Positions 37,286 through 46,261 of a stretch of DNA of 64,000 nt are shown here, piece after piece. Position 1 is the stretch's first letter; each line of letters opens with the position of its first letter. The notes under the pieces were generated by a model. It worked only from the letters and a program-made list of their open reading frames with translations, was not told where the DNA came from and did not search any database. Source of the DNA: an uncultured Actinomycetes bacterium (GTDB lineage Bacteria; Actinomycetota; Thermoleophilia; Gaiellales; JAICJC01); NCBI GenBank assembly GCA_963805545.1, contig CAWDUU010000003.1, positions 386,545-450,544 of the forward strand, written 5' to 3'. The translations under genes and the position numbers were made by a program.

Positions 37286-38239
37286 TCAGTGCACGTTGTT
37301 GCAGGAGTCGCCGGGAGGCGCGAGCGCCTTCTCCTGCGCGTTCGCAACCGCGTCGGCGTGCGGGTCGTACGGGCCCGGCTGGAGCACCTTGACGCGGACG
37401 ATCGGCGTGACCCCGGGGCCCATGATCGTGCCGCGGTACTCCTTGCCCATGCTGGGAACGGAGCGGCCGAACTTGTACGTGCCGACGCAGTAGTTGCCGG
37501 CCGGACGGTGCATCAGGAAGGCCTGCATCCGCCACCAGCCCTTGCCCCACTTCGAGTCGAGCGTGTCGACGTAGAGGTTGCGGCCGAAGGCGTCGGTCGG
37601 GTTGCCGGTGCGGGTCGCGCCGAAGCCGTGGACGGGGACGCCCAGGTAGGTGAACTGGCCCCACAGGTGGTCGAAGTGGCCGTTGTAGATCCAGTCGGTG
37701 TGCATCTTCAGGACCGGGAGCGCGGTGTCCCAGTGCGAGAGGTGCAGCTCCGTGTAGGCGCGCCGGTAGTCGCGCTTGTACAGGCCGCCGTGCGGCACGA
37801 TCCGCTTCCACGCCTGGAGGGCCCAGAACGAGCCGTTCGGGAGCTGGCAGCCGGCGACGTAGAGCGGCAGCGGCTCCTGGCCCGAGGCGTCGGCCATGGC
37901 CTGGGCGCTCGGAAAGTGGTTGCAGGCGTTCTTCATCGTCGCCCAGTACGCGCGCCCGAACGTGGCCCACCCGCCCGAGTAGTCGACCTTGAAGTGGCGC
38001 TGCTTCACGCCCCGGGTCGGCGCGATCGCGTTCTTGGCGCCCCAAGCCAGGACGTGGTGGCGGCGGCCGCGCTGGTCGGTGTACTCGACCATCGCGACGC
38101 CTGCCCGGTCGACGCGGAGGCGGACGTGGGTCGCGTTGTGGGTGATCGCCTTGGAGGCGAGCGCGGGCGCGGGCAGGATCGAGAAGGCGGCGACTCCGGT
38201 GAGGAGCGCGCAGAACAGGATCGAGGCCCGGCGGCGCAT
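37286..38239 (-). CDS. Secreted hypothetical protein (317 aa), Trp/Tyr/His-rich
   Basis: The internal ATG gives MRRRASILFCALLTGVAAFSILPAPALA, a clear signal peptide. The mature domain is aromatic-rich, with no family I can name. Confidence 0.65.
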   Translation of the reverse strand: MRRRASILFCALLTGVAAFSILPAPALASKAITHNATHVRLRVDRAGVAMVEYTDQRGRRHHVLAWGAKNAIAPTRGVKQRHFKVDYSGGWATFGRAYWATMKNACNHFPSAQAMADASGQEPLPLYVAGCQLPNGSFWALQAWKRIVPHGGLYKRDYRRAYTELHLSHWDTALPVLKMHTDWIYNGHFDHLWGQFTYLGVPVHGFGATRTGNPTDAFGRNLYVDTLDSKWGKGWWRMQAFLMHRPAGNYCVGTYKFGRSVPSMGKEYRGTIMGPGVTPIVRVKVLQPGPYDPHADAVANAQEKALAPPGDSCNNVH

Positions 38240-38271
38240 GGAGACGTTATCGGCCGCCGGCCGGCCCGGGT

Positions 38272-38973
38272 TTACCCCTTCTGCGCCCGTCCCGGCGCGA
38301 CCCGGATCCGCGAGAGCGTCCAGAGCGCCATCACGCCGTCGCGCCAGGTGAGCTTCTTGCCCTCGACCCGGCCGCGTGCGGCGTAGGAGATCGGCACCTC
38401 GTAGATGCGGTGCCCGGACTTGAGCAGCTTCGCCGTGATCTCGGGCTCGATGTCGAACCCGTCCGACCGCAGGTCGAGCGAGCGCCACACCGAGAGCGGC
38501 ATCAGCTTGTAGCACGTCTCCATGTCGGACAGGTAGCTGTTGAAGAGGACGTTGGTCCATAGCGTGACGAGCTTGTTTCCGATGACGAACCAGAACGAGT
38601 ACGCCGAGTGCGCAGCGAAGCTGCGACTGCCGTACACGACCTCGGCTCGTCCCCGCTCGATCGGTGCCAGAAGGAGCGGGAATTCCGCCGGATCGTACTC
38701 CAGATCGGCGTCCTGTACCAGCGCGACGTCTCCGCGGGCCGCGGAGATGGCCGTTCGCAGGGCGGCTCCCTTGCCCCGGTTTCGCTCGTGGCGGATGACC
38801 CGTGCGGTGACCTTGAAGTCGCGCGCAGACAGGATCTCGGGCGTCCGGTCGGTCGACCCGTCGTCGACGATCACGAGCTCCGCCACCTCCGGCCGCTCCT
38901 CGACCGCGTCGAGCAGCCGCTCGAGCGTGCGCTCCTCGTTGTAGACCGGGATCAGCACCGACAGGTCAGGCAC
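38272..38973 (-). CDS. GT2 glycosyltransferase (polyprenol-phosphate sugar synthase-like)
   Basis: Motifs LSVLIPVYNEE, VIVDDGSTD, RNRGKGAALR and VQDADLEYDP are present. The short 233 aa size is typical of the DPM1/GtrB class. Confidence 0.88.
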   Translation of the reverse strand: MPDLSVLIPVYNEERTLERLLDAVEERPEVAELVIVDDGSTDRTPEILSARDFKVTARVIRHERNRGKGAALRTAISAARGDVALVQDADLEYDPAEFPLLLAPIERGRAEVVYGSRSFAAHSAYSFWFVIGNKLVTLWTNVLFNSYLSDMETCYKLMPLSVWRSLDLRSDGFDIEPEITAKLLKSGHRIYEVPISYAARGRVEGKKLTWRDGVMALWTLSRIRVAPGRAQKG

Positions 38974-39997
38974 GGCGCCGCTCCATGCTGAGGCGCACGG
39001 CGAGCGGCACGCCCACCGCGGTGGTGGGGACGAACCAGGCCGCCTGGAGGACGAGCGAGAACGCGAACGCCTGGCTCGCGCCGACGTCGAACAGGCTGAG
39101 CCCGCTCACGCACAGCCACTGGTAGGTGCCGACGAACCCGGGCGACGACGGCACCGCCGTGCCGAGGTTGACGAGCCCCGTCATGAACGCCGCCTGCCAC
39201 AGCGCGAGGTCGATGCCCAGCGCGTCGGCGACGAGCCACAGCCCCGCCGCCCACAGCACCCAGGCCGCCGCCGAGAGCGCGACGGCGGCCGCCAGGTCGG
39301 CCGGCCCCACGACCGCGGCCGTGCCGCGGATCAGCCCGGAGAGCTGGCGGCCGGGCCAGGAGAGCCTGACCGAGAGCGGCAGCGTGCGCCCGTCGCGGGC
39401 CCGGTGGGCGACGTAGAGCCTGGTCGCCACGAGGCCGGCGGCGATGATCGCCGTCACGACCAGCGACGCGACGTAGACGCGGTCGATCCAGGTGCGCCGC
39501 GGCGTGAAGGGATACGTCGCGATGAGGAGGGCCAGGAGCACGAAGACATCGCATGCCCGGTCGACGACGACCGTCGCCAGCGTGCGCGACCGGGGCGTCC
39601 CCGTCCGCCTGCTCAGCCAGTGCGCGCGCAGCAGGTCGCCGACGCGGCCGGGGAGCACGTTGTTGGCGCCGACGCCGGCGACGACCAGGCCGACGAACGT
39701 CGCCGCCGGTGCGTGGGCCTGCCGGCGGGCGATCCAGCGCCACCGCGCCCCCTGGACCACGTAGACGCCTGCGAGTGCGACGACGGCGGCGGCGAGCGGC
39801 CCCAGCCGCGCCTCGCGGACTGCGGCGCGGACGTCCTCCCAGGCGACTCCGCGGGTGGCGACGTAGAGGAGCACGAGGCTGACGGGGACGCCGACCGCAA
39901 GGCCGAGCGCCATGCTCCTCGCGGAAACCCCGGCCCGGTCCTCGACGCCGATGCCGGGCGCCGTCCCGGGGTCGGTCCGTGTCAGCATCCGGCCCAT
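38966..39997 (-). CDS. UPF0104 / lysylphosphatidylglycerol-synthase-TM-region (flippase-like) membrane protein
   Basis: RWRWI, NNVLPGRVGDLLRAHWLSRR and about 8 TM helices are present. It overlaps GT2 by 8 nt. The start is ambiguous (39997, 39988 or 39913). Confidence 0.8.
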   Translation of the reverse strand: MGRMLTRTDPGTAPGIGVEDRAGVSARSMALGLAVGVPVSLVLLYVATRGVAWEDVRAAVREARLGPLAAAVVALAGVYVVQGARWRWIARRQAHAPAATFVGLVVAGVGANNVLPGRVGDLLRAHWLSRRTGTPRSRTLATVVVDRACDVFVLLALLIATYPFTPRRTWIDRVYVASLVVTAIIAAGLVATRLYVAHRARDGRTLPLSVRLSWPGRQLSGLIRGTAAVVGPADLAAAVALSAAAWVLWAAGLWLVADALGIDLALWQAAFMTGLVNLGTAVPSSPGFVGTYQWLCVSGLSLFDVGASQAFAFSLVLQAAWFVPTTAVGVPLAVRLSMERRRA

Positions 39998-39998
39998 G

Positions 39999-40592
39999 TT
40001 AACCAGCGCCCGCGGCCGGCGGTGCGGGGCCGGCGCCGTTGAACGCGCGCATCGCGGCGTCGATCCCGTCGCGGGCCACGGCCAGCGCACAGGCGGCTCC
40101 GCGCTCGACCAGGGCATCGACGTCGGTGCCCGGGTCGAACGGCTGGAGCACCCAGTCGGCGACCGGCCGCCGCTCACCGCGGCCGGGCCGGCCCACGCCG
40201 ATCCGGACGCGCGGGAAGTCGGCCGTGCCGAGGGCCGACCGCACCGACCGCAGGCCGTTGTGGCCGGCCAGCCCGCCGCCCATCTTGGCGCGCACGTCGC
40301 CCAGCTCGAGGTCGATCTCGTCGTGGACCACGAGGATGCCGGCCGGATCGAGCCCGTAGAAGCGGGCCGCCGACGCGACCGCCGGGCCGGAGAGGTTCAT
40401 GTAGGTCTGGGGCTCGAAGAGCACCAGGCGCACATCGCCGTCGCGGGCCGTCGCGATCCGCCCCGAGAACTTCGAGCGCCACGAGCCGCCCAGCGTCTCG
40501 GCCAGGCGGTCGGCGACCATGAACCCGAGGTTGTGGCGGGTGCGCGCGTATTCGGGGCCGGGATTGCCCAGGCCCGCGACCAGGAGATCCAT
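39999..40592 (-). CDS. pth: Peptidyl-tRNA hydrolase
   Basis: Motifs LVAGLGNPGPEYARTRHNLGF, QTYMNLSG and GGLAGHNGLRS are present. Confidence 0.93.
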   Translation of the reverse strand: MDLLVAGLGNPGPEYARTRHNLGFMVADRLAETLGGSWRSKFSGRIATARDGDVRLVLFEPQTYMNLSGPAVASAARFYGLDPAGILVVHDEIDLELGDVRAKMGGGLAGHNGLRSVRSALGTADFPRVRIGVGRPGRGERRPVADWVLQPFDPGTDVDALVERGAACALAVARDGIDAAMRAFNGAGPAPPAAGAG

Positions 40593-40598
40593 CGGGAT

Positions 40599-41315
40599 CT
40601 ACTCGGAGGAGTCGTCGCCGCCGGACGGCTCCTCGCCGCCGGCTTCCTCGCCGCCCTCGCCGGGCTCCGCGCCCTCGCCCTCCTCGACAGCCGCAGCCGC
40701 CTCGGCTTCGGCCTCCGCCTCGGCCTCGAGCTCGGCCTCGCTCTTGAGCTCGTCCTCGGACACGGGCGCCGCGATGCTGGCAAGGACGGTGCTCTCGGGG
40801 TCGTCGGTGAACGTGACGCCGGCAGGCGCCTCGATGTCGGCGAGCCGCACCGACTGCCCGATCTCGAGCCCGCTGACGTCGACGCTGATGAAGTCGATGA
40901 GATCGGCCGGCAGCGCCTCGACGCGCACCTCGTGCACGGGCTGGTTGAGCGCGCCGCCCATGTTCACGCCCTCGGCGTGGCCCTCGAGATGGACCGGGAT
41001 CACCGTCTGGATCTTCTGGTCGAGCCGGATCTCGTGCAGGTCGATGTGAACGACGCGGCCCCGCACCGGGTCGAGCTGGAGGTCCTTGATCAGCACCGGG
41101 CGGCTCTTGCCGTCGCCGTCGAGGGTGACGTCGAGGATCGTGTGCAGGCCCCCGGCCACCGCCTGGCGCAGCGCGCGGGCGTTCACGGTGATCGCCTGCG
41201 TCTCGGTCGTCGCCGAGTAGATGACGCCGGGGATCTCGCCGGAGGCGCGCAGCGCCTTGGCGTCCTTCGATCCCCGCCCGTCGCGCGGGCGTACCTGAAG
41301 CTTCACTCGGTCCAT
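40599..41315 (-). CDS. rplY: 50S ribosomal protein L25 / general stress protein Ctc
   Basis: RGSKDAKALRASGEIPGVIY and the two-domain Ctc form are present, with an acidic Glu/Ala tail. Confidence 0.9.
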   Translation of the reverse strand: MDRVKLQVRPRDGRGSKDAKALRASGEIPGVIYSATTETQAITVNARALRQAVAGGLHTILDVTLDGDGKSRPVLIKDLQLDPVRGRVVHIDLHEIRLDQKIQTVIPVHLEGHAEGVNMGGALNQPVHEVRVEALPADLIDFISVDVSGLEIGQSVRLADIEAPAGVTFTDDPESTVLASIAAPVSEDELKSEAELEAEAEAEAEAAAAVEEGEGAEPGEGGEEAGGEEPSGGDDSSE

Positions 41316-41318
41316 GAA

Positions 41319-42338
41319 TCAGAACAACTGGTTTCCGCCGTGGAAGAGGCCCGAGACGGAATCGTCGTTGAAGACGTTCGAGATCGTATCAGCCAGGATC
41401 GGGGCCACCGACAGCACCTGGACGTTGGCGGGCCGGGTCGTCGGATCGATCGGGATCGTGTCGGTGACGACGACCTTCTCGAAGACGCTCGACTCCAGCC
41501 GCTCGAGCGCCCGGCCCGAGAACACCGGATGCGTGGCGCAGGCGAAGACGCGCGTGGCGCCGTGGTCGAGCAGCGCCTGGCCGCCCGCGCACAGCGTGCC
41601 GGCGGTGTCGATCATGTCGTCGAGCAGGATGCAGGCCTTGCCGCGCACGCGGCCGATGACGTTGGTCGCCTCGGCCTCCTGGTGCTCGGGCCGCTCCTTG
41701 GTGATGAGGGCCAGGTCGGCGCCCAGCATCTCGGCGAACTTCTTGGCGAGCTTCACCCGGCCGGCGTCGGCCGAGACGACCACGATCTCGTCGTGGGCGA
41801 CGTCGAGCAGCATGGTGAAGTGCTCGGCCAGGATCGGGACCGCGGTCATGTGGTCGACGGGCTTTCGGAAGAAGCCCTGGACCTGGCCCGCGTGGAGATC
41901 CATCGTGAGCACACGGTCGACACCGGCCGCCTCGAGGATGTCGGCGACGAGCCGGGCGGTGATCGGCTCGCGCGGCATCCCCTTCTTGTCCTGGCGGCTG
42001 TAGGGGTACCAGGGCATGACGGCGGTCACGCGCTTGGCCGACGCCAGGGCCGCCGCCTGCACCATGACGAGCAGCTCGACCAGCGCGTCGTTCGTCGGCG
42101 ACACGCACGACTGGACGATGAAGACGTCGGCGCCGCGGATCGACTCCTCGTAGCGGACGTACACCTCGCCGTTCGTGAACGTCTTCAGCGTCACCTCGCC
42201 GAGCTGGATCCCGAGCCGTTCGGCGATGGCCTCGCCCAGCGCCAGATTGGAGCGGCCGGCGAAGAGCATGAGCCGCTTCTGCGGCGTTCGCTCCATCCAG
42301 GTGGCGTGATCGCCCTTGCTCATGGCCGAGGCCGCCAT
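41319..42338 (-). CDS. prs: Ribose-phosphate pyrophosphokinase
   Basis: Motifs LMLFAGRSNLALGEAIA, FTNGE, PYSRQDKK, DLHAGQVQGFF and LDDMIDTAGT are present. The start is ambiguous (42338, 42323 or 42296), and track start 42404 would overlap glmU. Confidence 0.93.
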   Translation of the reverse strand: MAASAMSKGDHATWMERTPQKRLMLFAGRSNLALGEAIAERLGIQLGEVTLKTFTNGEVYVRYEESIRGADVFIVQSCVSPTNDALVELLVMVQAAALASAKRVTAVMPWYPYSRQDKKGMPREPITARLVADILEAAGVDRVLTMDLHAGQVQGFFRKPVDHMTAVPILAEHFTMLLDVAHDEIVVVSADAGRVKLAKKFAEMLGADLALITKERPEHQEAEATNVIGRVRGKACILLDDMIDTAGTLCAGGQALLDHGATRVFACATHPVFSGRALERLESSVFEKVVVTDTIPIDPTTRPANVQVLSVAPILADTISNVFNDDSVSGLFHGGNQLF

Positions 42339-42375
42339 CCCCGCCCCCGTGAAGAGCGGGATCGGCGTCTCGAGA

Positions 42376-43716
42376 CTAACCGCGGCTTCGCTTTCGTGTT
42401 CCATAGCCCTCGATGTTCTTTTGTCGGGTGCGGGCGACGCCGAGCGCGTCGGGAGGGATGTCGTCGGTGATCACGGAGCCGGCAGCGGTCCACGCCCCAT
42501 CTCCGATCGTAACGGGGGCGACGAAGACAGTGTCGCTGGACGTGCGGACGTCACGCCCGATCGTGGTGCGCTGCTTCGCGTTGCCATCGTAGTTGGCGGT
42601 GATGTTGCCCGCTCCGATGTTCGTGTCATCGCCGATCTCGGCATCGCCGATGTACGACAGGTGCGAGATCTTGGCCCGCTCGCCGACGGTCGCGTTCTTG
42701 ACCTCGACGAACGTGCCCGCCTTCGCGCCGGCCCCGATGTCGGCCCCCGGCCGCAGGTAGCAGAACGGCCCCACGACGGCCCCGGGGCCGACGCGGGCGT
42801 CGACTGCGACCACATGCGGGCCGACCTCGGCGCCGGCCTCGACGCGCGTCTCGCCGCGCAGCACCGTGAAGGGGTGGACGACGGCGTCCGCCTCGATCTC
42901 GACGTCGGCGTCGATCCAGGTCGTCGCCGGGTCGACGATCGTGACGCCCGCGAGCATGTGCCCTCGGTTCGTGCGGTCGCGCAGGACGGCCGCGGCGGCG
43001 GCGAGGTCGGCGCGTGTGTTGATGCCGAGCCCTCCGGTCGGGTCGGCGTGGCGGTGGCCGGCGACCGGCCGGCCGGCCGCCACGAGCGCCCCGACCACGT
43101 CGGTCAGATAGAGCTCGCCCTGGTCGTTTGCCGTGTCGAGCCCGTCGAGCGCCGGCCACAGGTCCTCCGAGCGGAAGACGTAGATGCCGGAGTTGACCTC
43201 GGTCAGGGCCAGCTCCTCGGCGCTCGCGTCGCGCACCTCGACGATCCGCCGGATGCCGCCGCCGGCGTCGCGCACGATCCGGCCGAAGTCGCCGCCGATC
43301 GTCGCCGTTCGCTCGAAGGTGAGAACGGTCGCTGCGGCGCCCGCCTCGGCATGGGTCGCGCGCAGGGCGCGCAGGGCGGCCGGATCCGTCAGCGGGTGGT
43401 CGCCGTAGAGGACGAGCACGTCCCCGTCGAAGCCCTCGATCGCCGAGCGGGCCGCGCGGACGGCGTCGCCGGTGCCGAGCGGCTGCTCCTGGATCGCGGC
43501 CTCAACGCCGGCGGGCAGGCGCTCGCGCACGGCGTCGGCGCCGGGCGAGACGACGACCAGCATGCGGTCGGGGCCCGACTCGACGCAGGCGGCCACCGCC
43601 CAGTCGACCAGCGTCCGCCCCAGGATCTCGTGCAGCACCTTCGGCGTCCGCGATCGCATGCGCGTGCCCTGGCCGGCGGCGAGGAGGACACAGGCGAGCG
43701 GAGGGCCGTCAGTCAT
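42376..43716 (-). CDS. glmU: Bifunctional GlcNAc-1-P uridyltransferase / GlcN-1-P acetyltransferase
   Basis: LAAGQGTRMRS..PKVLH is present, and the C-terminal half shows left-handed beta-helix hexapeptide repeats. Confidence 0.95.
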   Translation of the reverse strand: MTDGPPLACVLLAAGQGTRMRSRTPKVLHEILGRTLVDWAVAACVESGPDRMLVVVSPGADAVRERLPAGVEAAIQEQPLGTGDAVRAARSAIEGFDGDVLVLYGDHPLTDPAALRALRATHAEAGAAATVLTFERTATIGGDFGRIVRDAGGGIRRIVEVRDASAEELALTEVNSGIYVFRSEDLWPALDGLDTANDQGELYLTDVVGALVAAGRPVAGHRHADPTGGLGINTRADLAAAAAVLRDRTNRGHMLAGVTIVDPATTWIDADVEIEADAVVHPFTVLRGETRVEAGAEVGPHVVAVDARVGPGAVVGPFCYLRPGADIGAGAKAGTFVEVKNATVGERAKISHLSYIGDAEIGDDTNIGAGNITANYDGNAKQRTTIGRDVRTSSDTVFVAPVTIGDGAWTAAGSVITDDIPPDALGVARTRQKNIEGYGTRKRSRG

Positions 43717-43743
43717 GCGGGGGTGGGTGGTCGGGGGTGGGAG

Positions 43744-43814
43744 CTGGGGCGCCTGGATTCGAACCAGGGATCACGGGACCAAAACCCGTTGCCTTACCAC
43801 TTGGCCACGCCCCA
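43744..43814 (-). tRNA. tRNA-Gln (anticodon UUG)
   Basis: The reverse complement folds as acceptor UGGGGCG/CGCCCCA, anticodon stem ACGGG/CCCGU with loop UUUUGGU, and T arm CCUGG-UUCGAAU-CCAGG. CCA is not encoded. It lies upstream of glmU, as in mycobacteria. Confidence 0.85.
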
Positions 43815-43849
43815 TCGAGCGCGGACGCGGGGGCCGGTCCGAGTATATG

Positions 43850-44941
43850 TCAGGCGGGGCGCCACTCGATCCTGTAGCGCAGGTCGAAGGTGCTGCCGCA
43901 GCTCGGGCACTCCACGCGGCCCTCGCGGTTCGCGGCGAGCGACGCCCCGTCCCGCTCGGTGGCCTCGGCGCGCTCCAGCGACCCGCCGCACACCGGGCAG
44001 GGGATGTCGACGAACGGCCGCTGTTCGGGTCGCTCGAACACCATCATCGAGAGCAGCGTCCCGACCTCGCGCCGGATGCGATCGGGATCGGCCCCGAGCC
44101 GGGCGAGGACGCCGGTCGCGATCCCGCCGTGCTTGCCCACCAGCCCGAGGAGCAGGTGCTCCGTCCCCACCGACCAGTGGTTGAGCGCGGTGGCCTCCTC
44201 GCGGGCGAACGTGAGGATCCGGCGCGCGTGCGGGGTGAAGGGGATCTGGCCGACGACCGGGGCCTCGCCGACGCCGACGATCCGGCGCACCTCCTCGCGC
44301 GCGGCGTCAAGCCGGACGCCGACGGCGGCCAGCGCCCGAGCGGCTCCGCCCTGCTCCTCGCGCAGGAGCCCGAGCAGGACGTGCTCGGTCCCCACGTAGT
44401 TGTGGTTGAGGGCCCGCGCCTCCTCCTGGGCGAGCACGATCGCGCCGCGCGCGAACTCGGTCAGGCGCTCGAAGCCGATGATGTCGGGAGCGATCTCGAC
44501 GATCGACAGGCCGGGAAGCGCCGCCTCCGCCCGCGCGACGAGATCGCCGACCTCGGCTCCGGCCGCGGTCAGCACCGCCGCGATGTGCGGTTCGGGATTC
44601 CGGAGGATGCCCAGCAGGATGTGCTCGGTGCCGATGAAGCTGTGGCCGACGTCGAGCGCCTCGTGCAATCCGGCCTCGAGGGCCGCCTTGGCGCCCGGCG
44701 AGAACGGGATCGGGCCGGGCGACGGGGCGTCGTTCCCAGCGGCGACCTTCCGCACCTCGGCGCGGACCGTGTCCACGTGCACGCCCGCCTCGTGCAACAC
44801 CCGGGCCGCAACTCCGGGCTCCTCGCGCATGAGCCCCAGAAGCAGATGCTCGGTGCCGATGTGGTCGTGCCGGAGCGCGCGGGCCTCGTCCTGAGCCAGG
44901 ACGACCACCTGGCGCGCCCGCTCGGTGAACCGCTCGAACAC
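43850..44941 (-). CDS. Orphan protein with two tandem Clp-N (Clp R) domains and a C-terminal zinc ribbon
   Basis: There are four copies of the Clp repeat signature (HIGTEHLLLGL, FIGTEHILLGI, YVGTEHVLLGL, SVGTEHLLLGL). CPVCGG...CPSCGS follows. No AAA+ module is present. Confidence 0.8.
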   Translation of the reverse strand: MFERFTERARQVVVLAQDEARALRHDHIGTEHLLLGLMREEPGVAARVLHEAGVHVDTVRAEVRKVAAGNDAPSPGPIPFSPGAKAALEAGLHEALDVGHSFIGTEHILLGILRNPEPHIAAVLTAAGAEVGDLVARAEAALPGLSIVEIAPDIIGFERLTEFARGAIVLAQEEARALNHNYVGTEHVLLGLLREEQGGAARALAAVGVRLDAAREEVRRIVGVGEAPVVGQIPFTPHARRILTFAREEATALNHWSVGTEHLLLGLVGKHGGIATGVLARLGADPDRIRREVGTLLSMMVFERPEQRPFVDIPCPVCGGSLERAEATERDGASLAANREGRVECPSCGSTFDLRYRIEWRPA

Positions 44942-44963
44942 ACGGGGACAGTACTCTCACCCG

Positions 44964-45872
44964 ATGCGCGTGCGGACTCTCGGCGCCGGCGGTCAGGAGA
45001 TCTCGGTCGTCGGCTACGGCGCCTGGCAGGCCGGCGGGGCCAACTGGGGCGACCGCGCGCCCGACGACGAGGTGATCGCCGCGATCCGGGCGGCGATCGA
45101 CTCCGGCCAGACCTGGGTCGACACCGCCGAGGTGTACGGCAAGGGCCGCTCCGAGGAGCTGGTCGGGCGCGCGATCGCCGGCCGCCGCGACGAGGTGCTG
45201 CTCTTCACCAAGGTCGCGCCCGACGACGAGGGCTCGGGCATCCGGCCGGCCGAGATCCACGCCGCCATCCGGGCATCGCTTCGCCGCCTCGGCACCGACC
45301 GCGTCGACCTCTACCAGGTGCACTGGCCCGACGAGCGGATCCCGGTCGAGGAGACGTGGGGCGCGATGGCCCAGGTCGTGGCCGACGGGCTCGCGGCGCG
45401 GATCGGCGTCTCGAACTTCGACCGGGCGCTCGTCGAGCGCTGCCGCGCCGTCCACCCGGTGGCGTCCGTCCAGAACGAGCTCTCGCTCCTCTGCCGCGAC
45501 GACGTGGCCGAGCTCCTGCCGTGGCTCGCCGCGGAGGGCATCGGCTACCTGGCGTTCTCGCCGATCGCGTCGGGGCTTCTCACGGGGCGGATCGCCGCCG
45601 ACGCGACCTTCCCCGAGAACGACTGGCGCCGCGAGGAGTTCACGCCGGAGCGGCTCGCCGGAGCGGTGCCGCGGGTGGAGCGGCTGGCGGCGATCGCGGA
45701 GCGGCTCGGCGTCACCACCGCCCAGCTGGCGATCGCCTGGGTGCTGCACCAGCCCGGTGTCACCGGGGCGATCTGCGGCACGCTCTCGGCCGGGAACGCC
45801 CGCGCCAACTCGGCGGCGGGCGGGATCGGGCTCGCCGCGGAGACTCTGGCCGAGATCGACGCGCTCTTCTAG
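44964..45872 (+). CDS. Aldo/keto reductase
   Basis: Motifs GYGAWQAGG, DTAEVYGKGRSEE, DLYQVHWPD, GVSNF and NELSLL are present. The start is at the second Met (MRVRTLG). Confidence 0.88.
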   Translation: MRVRTLGAGGQEISVVGYGAWQAGGANWGDRAPDDEVIAAIRAAIDSGQTWVDTAEVYGKGRSEELVGRAIAGRRDEVLLFTKVAPDDEGSGIRPAEIHAAIRASLRRLGTDRVDLYQVHWPDERIPVEETWGAMAQVVADGLAARIGVSNFDRALVERCRAVHPVASVQNELSLLCRDDVAELLPWLAAEGIGYLAFSPIASGLLTGRIAADATFPENDWRREEFTPERLAGAVPRVERLAAIAERLGVTTAQLAIAWVLHQPGVTGAICGTLSAGNARANSAAGGIGLAAETLAEIDALF

Positions 45873-45876
45873 GCCG

Positions 45877-46254
45877 TTACGAGCGGCGCAGGTCGCCGAG
45901 CATGACCAGGAACAGGATCAGCAGCATGATCCCGGCGACCACGATCGCGATCCCGATGCCGACGTAGATCGCAGGCAGCAGGATCCCCGCGACCGCCTGG
46001 GCGGTGACGACGATCCAGACCGGCCTGCGGATGGCGTTCGGCAGCCGGTGGCGGACGTTCAGGTAGGCGAGCACCGACAGCACGCCGACCAGCATCATCA
46101 CGATGCGGAAGCCCTCGGCCCAGGCCACGACGGCCTCGACCAACCCGAGGATGACCGCGATGCGCAGGCTGTTCTGTCGCAGCCACCGCGAGGGCGAGCG
46201 GCCCGGCTTCTGCTCGATCGTCAGCGCGTCGCTCGAGACGTTCCAGGGTGCCAT
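45877..46254 (-). CDS. Small integral membrane protein (3-4 TM)
   Basis: The internal ATG gives MAPWNV. Hydrophobic helices fill the rest of the protein. Confidence 0.55.
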   Translation of the reverse strand: MAPWNVSSDALTIEQKPGRSPSRWLRQNSLRIAVILGLVEAVVAWAEGFRIVMMLVGVLSVLAYLNVRHRLPNAIRRPVWIVVTAQAVAGILLPAIYVGIGIAIVVAGIMLLILFLVMLGDLRRS

Positions 46255-46261
46255 AAACGGA

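Noticed and set aside
40600-40760. An apparent tandem GAGGCC/GCCTCG-type repeat.
   Set aside because: It lies in frame within rplY/ctc and encodes the acidic Glu/Ala tail (EAELEAEAEAEAEAAAAVEEGEGAE). This is coding low complexity, not a non-coding repeat.
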